DNA of 37,565 bases from Acidimicrobiales bacterium (GTDB lineage: Bacteria > Actinomycetota > Acidimicrobiia > Acidimicrobiales > CADCSY01). Location of the stretch: contig DASZDM010000233.1 in assembly GCA_035942015.1 (NCBI GenBank), positions 1 through 37,565 of the forward strand, written 5' to 3'. Positions 34,248 to 37,565 of the stretch are shown here, in pieces; within the stretch, counting starts at the first letter, position 1, and the number at the start of each line of letters is the position of its first letter. The notes under the pieces are model-generated. The model was not told the origin of the DNA, searched no databases, and worked only from the letters and a program-made list of their open reading frames with translations. A program made the translations under genes and the position numbers.

Positions 34248-35153
34248 TCAGGACCATCCTGCTGGGGCAGGCAACGACGGCGGTGTGCTGATGGGCACGG
34301 CCCGCCGCCGGCGCTGCCGGTAGGCGGCGAGGCTGTGGTACCCGGCACCGGCCAGCAAGGCAGCCACCTCGTTCCGGCGCTCGGCCACGTGGACGAGGTC
34401 GTGGGCATCCGAGGCAGTGGTGACGGGTACGCCGGCGGCCTGGAAGCGGGCCAGCAGGTCCGGGGAGGGATAGGCCTCACCCACGGGCTTGCGCCATCCC
34501 GCCGAGGAGACCTCGGCGGCCATGCCCGAGCGGGCGGCGGCCTCGGCCATGCGCTGGTGGAACTCGTCGGGAACCACCGGCCGTCGACCGCTGATCTTGC
34601 ACAGGTCGGGGTGGGCGAGGACGTCGCAGACCCCTGCATCGGCCAGCTCCTCGAGCGCGGTGGTGTAGGCGTCCCAGACCGCCTCGATGGTACGGAGGTC
34701 CCATTCGCTCACAAAGGCGTCCTGCCCAAAGTTGTCGAAGCCCCATGCGCCGATCCAGTGCACCGAGCCGAGCAGGACGTCGAAGGGGTAGCCGGAAAGA
34801 AGGTCAGCCACCTCGTGCATTCGCCCGGCGTAGTGGTCGACCTCGAGGCCCAGCACCACCGGGAGACCTGCCTCCTTGGCCGCCAGCACGACCTCGACAT
34901 ATTCGTCGAGGTCGCCACCCTGCTCACTGGCCCACCACTGTTCCATGGCCGGTGTGAGCTCCGGCTCGTCGAGATCCTTCCACCAGCCCCCGAGCACGGC
35001 ATCGGCCTGGCGGAATCGGAACAGGTGCTCGGTCAGGGCGATCTCCGTCACGCCGGCGGCCTGTGCCTGGAGGCAGTACATCTCCACCTGTGCCAGCGTC
35101 GCCTCCATCGGCCCGTGGCCGTGCGCCCACAGGTGTAGGTGATAGTCGAGCAC
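34248..35153 (-). CDS. PHP-domain phosphoesterase (histidinol-phosphatase HisJ-like family)
   Basis: 301 aa. Contains MLDYHLHLW (HxH), TEH, LGSVHW, AHPD and SDAHD metal-ligand motifs. The stop lies 3 nt from the pdtaS start. Confidence 0.85.
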   Translation of the reverse strand: MLDYHLHLWAHGHGPMEATLAQVEMYCLQAQAAGVTEIALTEHLFRFRQADAVLGGWWKDLDEPELTPAMEQWWASEQGGDLDEYVEVVLAAKEAGLPVVLGLEVDHYAGRMHEVADLLSGYPFDVLLGSVHWIGAWGFDNFGQDAFVSEWDLRTIEAVWDAYTTALEELADAGVCDVLAHPDLCKISGRRPVVPDEFHQRMAEAAARSGMAAEVSSAGWRKPVGEAYPSPDLLARFQAAGVPVTTASDAHDLVHVAERRNEVAALLAGAGYHSLAAYRQRRRRAVPISTPPSLPAPAGWS

Positions 35154-35201
35154 GGCGAGAGGTTAGAAGCTGACCACAGGGGTGCAGGGTCCGGCGCGCC
35201 G

Positions 35202-36371
35202 TCAGTGGCGGAGGGCGTCGCCCAGGCGGGCCAGGCCGGCCAGGTCGAAGATGTCGGTCTCGAACGCCGGCACCGTGGCCACCACCTCGGCCCCGAGGGC
35301 CAGCTCGGCCCGCTGCTCGGCCTCCCGCTTGGCCACCACCTGGAAGTTGAGGAAGCTCTCCCCCAGCTCCCCCAGGACCCGGGTCACGACTCCGGGTTGG
35401 ACCGGGGGGTCGTCGAGCACCTCGGTGACGACGGTCGCCAATGCACCGGCGGTGGCACTGAGCGCCCGGGCCGCCTCGGTGGCCCGGTGGTCCAGCAGAC
35501 TCACCGGGAGCACCCGATTGAGCACCACCGCCCCGAGGTGCAGGCGCTTGGTACGCAGTACCTCGACGAAGCGTCCGGCCTCGGAGGCCGGGGCCGCCTC
35601 GAGTGTGGTCACGACCACGAACGTGGTGCGACGGTCCTCCAACACTCGTTCCACGGCGCCGGCCCGCTCGACGAAGCCGTCGTACATCGACTGGAAGAGG
35701 ATGAAGAACTCGGCGATGTCGGCCAGGAAGGCGGAGCCCAGGGCCCGGTCGGCGATCTGGTAGAACGGCCTCGAGGCGGCATTGACCAGGCGGCTGCGGT
35801 AGGGCACCAGCAACCAGCGCAGCAGGCGGCTGGAGAAGAACTCGGCCATGCGTTCGGGGGCCTCGAGGAAGTCGATGGCGTGGCGGGTGGGAGGGGTGTC
35901 GACCACGATGAGGTCGTACGTCCCCGAGGCGTGCAGCTCGTAGAGCCGCTCCATGGCGATGTAGTCGTGGCTGTGCACGAACTTGCCGGTGACATTGCGG
36001 TACAGCGGATTGGCCAGGATGGCGTCACGGGTGGTGGCGTCGGGGGCGTGGCGGCGGATCAGCTCGTCCCAGCTCTGTTTGGTGTCGAGCATGGCCGCCC
36101 ACAGCTCGCCACGAGGCTCCAACCCGGCGGTGGCAAAGGCGGCCTCGCTCACTCGGGTCTCCGCATTCCCGAGCGCTCCGAGGCCCATGGCATCGGCCAG
36201 CCGGCGGGCCGGATCGACGGTGAGGACCAACACCTTGGCTCCCAGATCGGCGGCGGCCATGGTGCCCAGGGCGGCAGCGGTGGTCGTCTTGCCGACGCCT
36301 CCTGAACCACACACCACCACGATCTCCTTGGCCGCGAGAAGCGCCTCCACCGGCGAGGCGATGCCGGTCAT
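35202..36371 (-). CDS. ArsA-family P-loop ATPase
   Basis: 389 aa with deviant Walker A VVCGSGGVGKTTTAAAL and LVLTVDPA. Its ATG overlaps the upstream stop (ATGA at 36368-36371). Confidence 0.9.
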   Translation of the reverse strand: MTGIASPVEALLAAKEIVVVCGSGGVGKTTTAAALGTMAAADLGAKVLVLTVDPARRLADAMGLGALGNAETRVSEAAFATAGLEPRGELWAAMLDTKQSWDELIRRHAPDATTRDAILANPLYRNVTGKFVHSHDYIAMERLYELHASGTYDLIVVDTPPTRHAIDFLEAPERMAEFFSSRLLRWLLVPYRSRLVNAASRPFYQIADRALGSAFLADIAEFFILFQSMYDGFVERAGAVERVLEDRRTTFVVVTTLEAAPASEAGRFVEVLRTKRLHLGAVVLNRVLPVSLLDHRATEAARALSATAGALATVVTEVLDDPPVQPGVVTRVLGELGESFLNFQVVAKREAEQRAELALGAEVVATVPAFETDIFDLAGLARLGDALRH

Positions 36372-37312
36372 GAGAGCTCGGCGGCCAGAGCATCGGCGAC
36401 CTGGTGGGTGGCACGGCGGCCGTGGCTGCGACTGAACAGCTCAGGCACGTACAAGACGCTGTGGTCGGGGCCGAGCCCGTTGCGGAGCCGGGTCAGGTGG
36501 GCGGCCCGGGTCCGGCGGAGTCGCACGGCCAGGCGTGCAGCATCGAGCACCGGGGTGACGGGGTGGCCGGCGACGGCCGAGAGGGCGGCCGAGACCTCGG
36601 GTTCGCCGAGGCGGTCGAATACCTCCTCCTCGGCGCGGTTGAACAACTCGGGCAGCACCCGGTTGACCACCACGGCCGCCAGGTCGACGCCGGTCGTGGC
36701 CAGCTGCTCGACCAGCTCCAGCGATTCGGTCACCGGCATCTCCTCGGGTGCGGCCACGATGACCACGCCGGTGACAGCAGGGTCACCCAAGAGCTCGATC
36801 ATCCAACCAGTCTGCTCCCGCACCAGACCGACCGACATGAGCTCGTTGATGGCCTGGGGGGCACGCAGTTGGCCGAGCACATGGCCCGAGGCGGCGGCAT
36901 CGACCACCACCAGGTCGTAGTGGTCCTTGCGCACCTCCCATGCCAGCTTGCCGACGGTGAGGATCTCCCGGATGCCGGGAGCGGCGTTGGCCAGAAAGTC
37001 GAAGGTGCGGGCCAGCGCCCCGAGGCGGGCCAGTCGAGGGAGCTTGAGCTGGACGGCGAGGTACTCCTTGAGGGAGGCCTCGGTGTCCATGGTCATGGCG
37101 AAGAGACGTGGCTGGAGCTCTCGGGCCTCGAAGGCCAAGGGGCCGGCTTCGTAGGCCCCGGCCAGGTCCCCCTTGGCGTCGGTCTCACACACCAGGGTGC
37201 GCCGGCCCTCCCGGGCGGCGTGGAGGGCCAGGGCGGCGGTGATGGTGGTCTTGCCCACCCCTCCCTTGCCGGTGACGAACAGCAGCCGCCGGTCGAACAG
37301 CCCGACGGTCAA
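36368..37312 (-). CDS. ArsA-family P-loop ATPase
   Basis: 314 aa with FVTGKGGVGKTTITAAL and VVVDAAASGH. It is paired with the downstream paralogue, as in the conserved actinobacterial two-ATPase locus. Confidence 0.9.
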   Translation of the reverse strand: MTVGLFDRRLLFVTGKGGVGKTTITAALALHAAREGRRTLVCETDAKGDLAGAYEAGPLAFEARELQPRLFAMTMDTEASLKEYLAVQLKLPRLARLGALARTFDFLANAAPGIREILTVGKLAWEVRKDHYDLVVVDAAASGHVLGQLRAPQAINELMSVGLVREQTGWMIELLGDPAVTGVVIVAAPEEMPVTESLELVEQLATTGVDLAAVVVNRVLPELFNRAEEEVFDRLGEPEVSAALSAVAGHPVTPVLDAARLAVRLRRTRAAHLTRLRNGLGPDHSVLYVPELFSRSHGRRATHQVADALAAELS

Positions 37313-37316
37313 GGGA

Positions 37317-37562
37317 TCAGCTGCCGCCGAAGCCGATCCGGCGATCGTCGCTGGGGCTGCCGATCTCGACGTACGCCACCTTGTTCACCGGGACACCGAC
37401 CTGACGGCCCTTGCGGTCGGTCAGCCACAACACACCCTCGCTCCCACCCAGCGCTTCGTCGATCTCGCTCCGGAGCTCGCCCGCGTCAGCGTCGTCGCCG
37501 AGCTCCACGTCGATCTCCTTGGGCGAGTAGGTCACGCCGATGCGTACGTCCACGGGCGCCAT
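37317..37562 (-). CDS. DUF3107 domain protein
   Basis: 81 aa. The pattern VRIGVTYSPKEIDVEL...LWLTDRKGRQVGVPVNKVAYVEIG...RRIGFG is typical of DUF3107. It lies immediately upstream of the ArsA-like pair. Confidence 0.85.
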   Translation of the reverse strand: MAPVDVRIGVTYSPKEIDVELGDDADAGELRSEIDEALGGSEGVLWLTDRKGRQVGVPVNKVAYVEIGSPSDDRRIGFGGS

Positions 37563-37565
37563 CGT

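Noticed and set aside
33627-36305. Plus-strand ORFs 33627-35138 (503 aa) and 35139-36305 (388 aa)
   Set aside because: They are antisense to the kinase, PHP and ArsA-like genes. The products are Gly/Arg/Val/His-rich shadows.
1-37565. CRISPR arrays, rRNA genes, prophage or integron structures
   Set aside because: Reading both strands showed no regularly spaced direct repeats, no rRNA-like conserved blocks, and no integrase or attachment-site signatures. The ISL3 element is the only mobile feature.

Overview
High-GC (about 70% by eye) chromosomal segment, most likely from an actinobacterium: it carries WhiB, a PdtaS-type kinase, MMPL, a DUF3107 plus ArsA-like ATPase pair, and proC followed by an excisionase-type HTH. 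I support about 45 coding features. No rRNA, tRNA or CRISPR array was found. Bases 28.5-37.5 kb look like conserved actinobacterial core synteny. Bases 7.8-13.3 kb look accessory. They contain a four-gene, minus-strand, Cys/Met-rich putative metal-handling cluster, including a 46-codon metallothionein-like ORF that is too short for the supplied ORF track. They also contain a visibly lower-GC stretch with an orphan STAS gene. An intact ISL3-family insertion sequence lies here too, and I could delimit it exactly: 23-bp inverted repeats and an 8-bp target duplication. It splits an SLH/peptidoglycan-binding envelope gene that also carries a hidden double frameshift. Two other loci deserve attention. 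One is a PEP-utilising (rifampicin-phosphotransferase-like) dikinase translationally coupled to two membrane proteins. The other is an operon of a membrane protein, an MMPL transporter and a membrane-anchored Cys-phosphatase. Several loci show local frame problems (the SLH gene, the DAGK start, 1335-1660), so assembly indel errors are a live alternative to real pseudogenisation. Many long track ORFs are antisense or out-of-frame shadows typical of high-GC DNA and were rejected. All family calls rest on motif recognition by eye, not on database searches.
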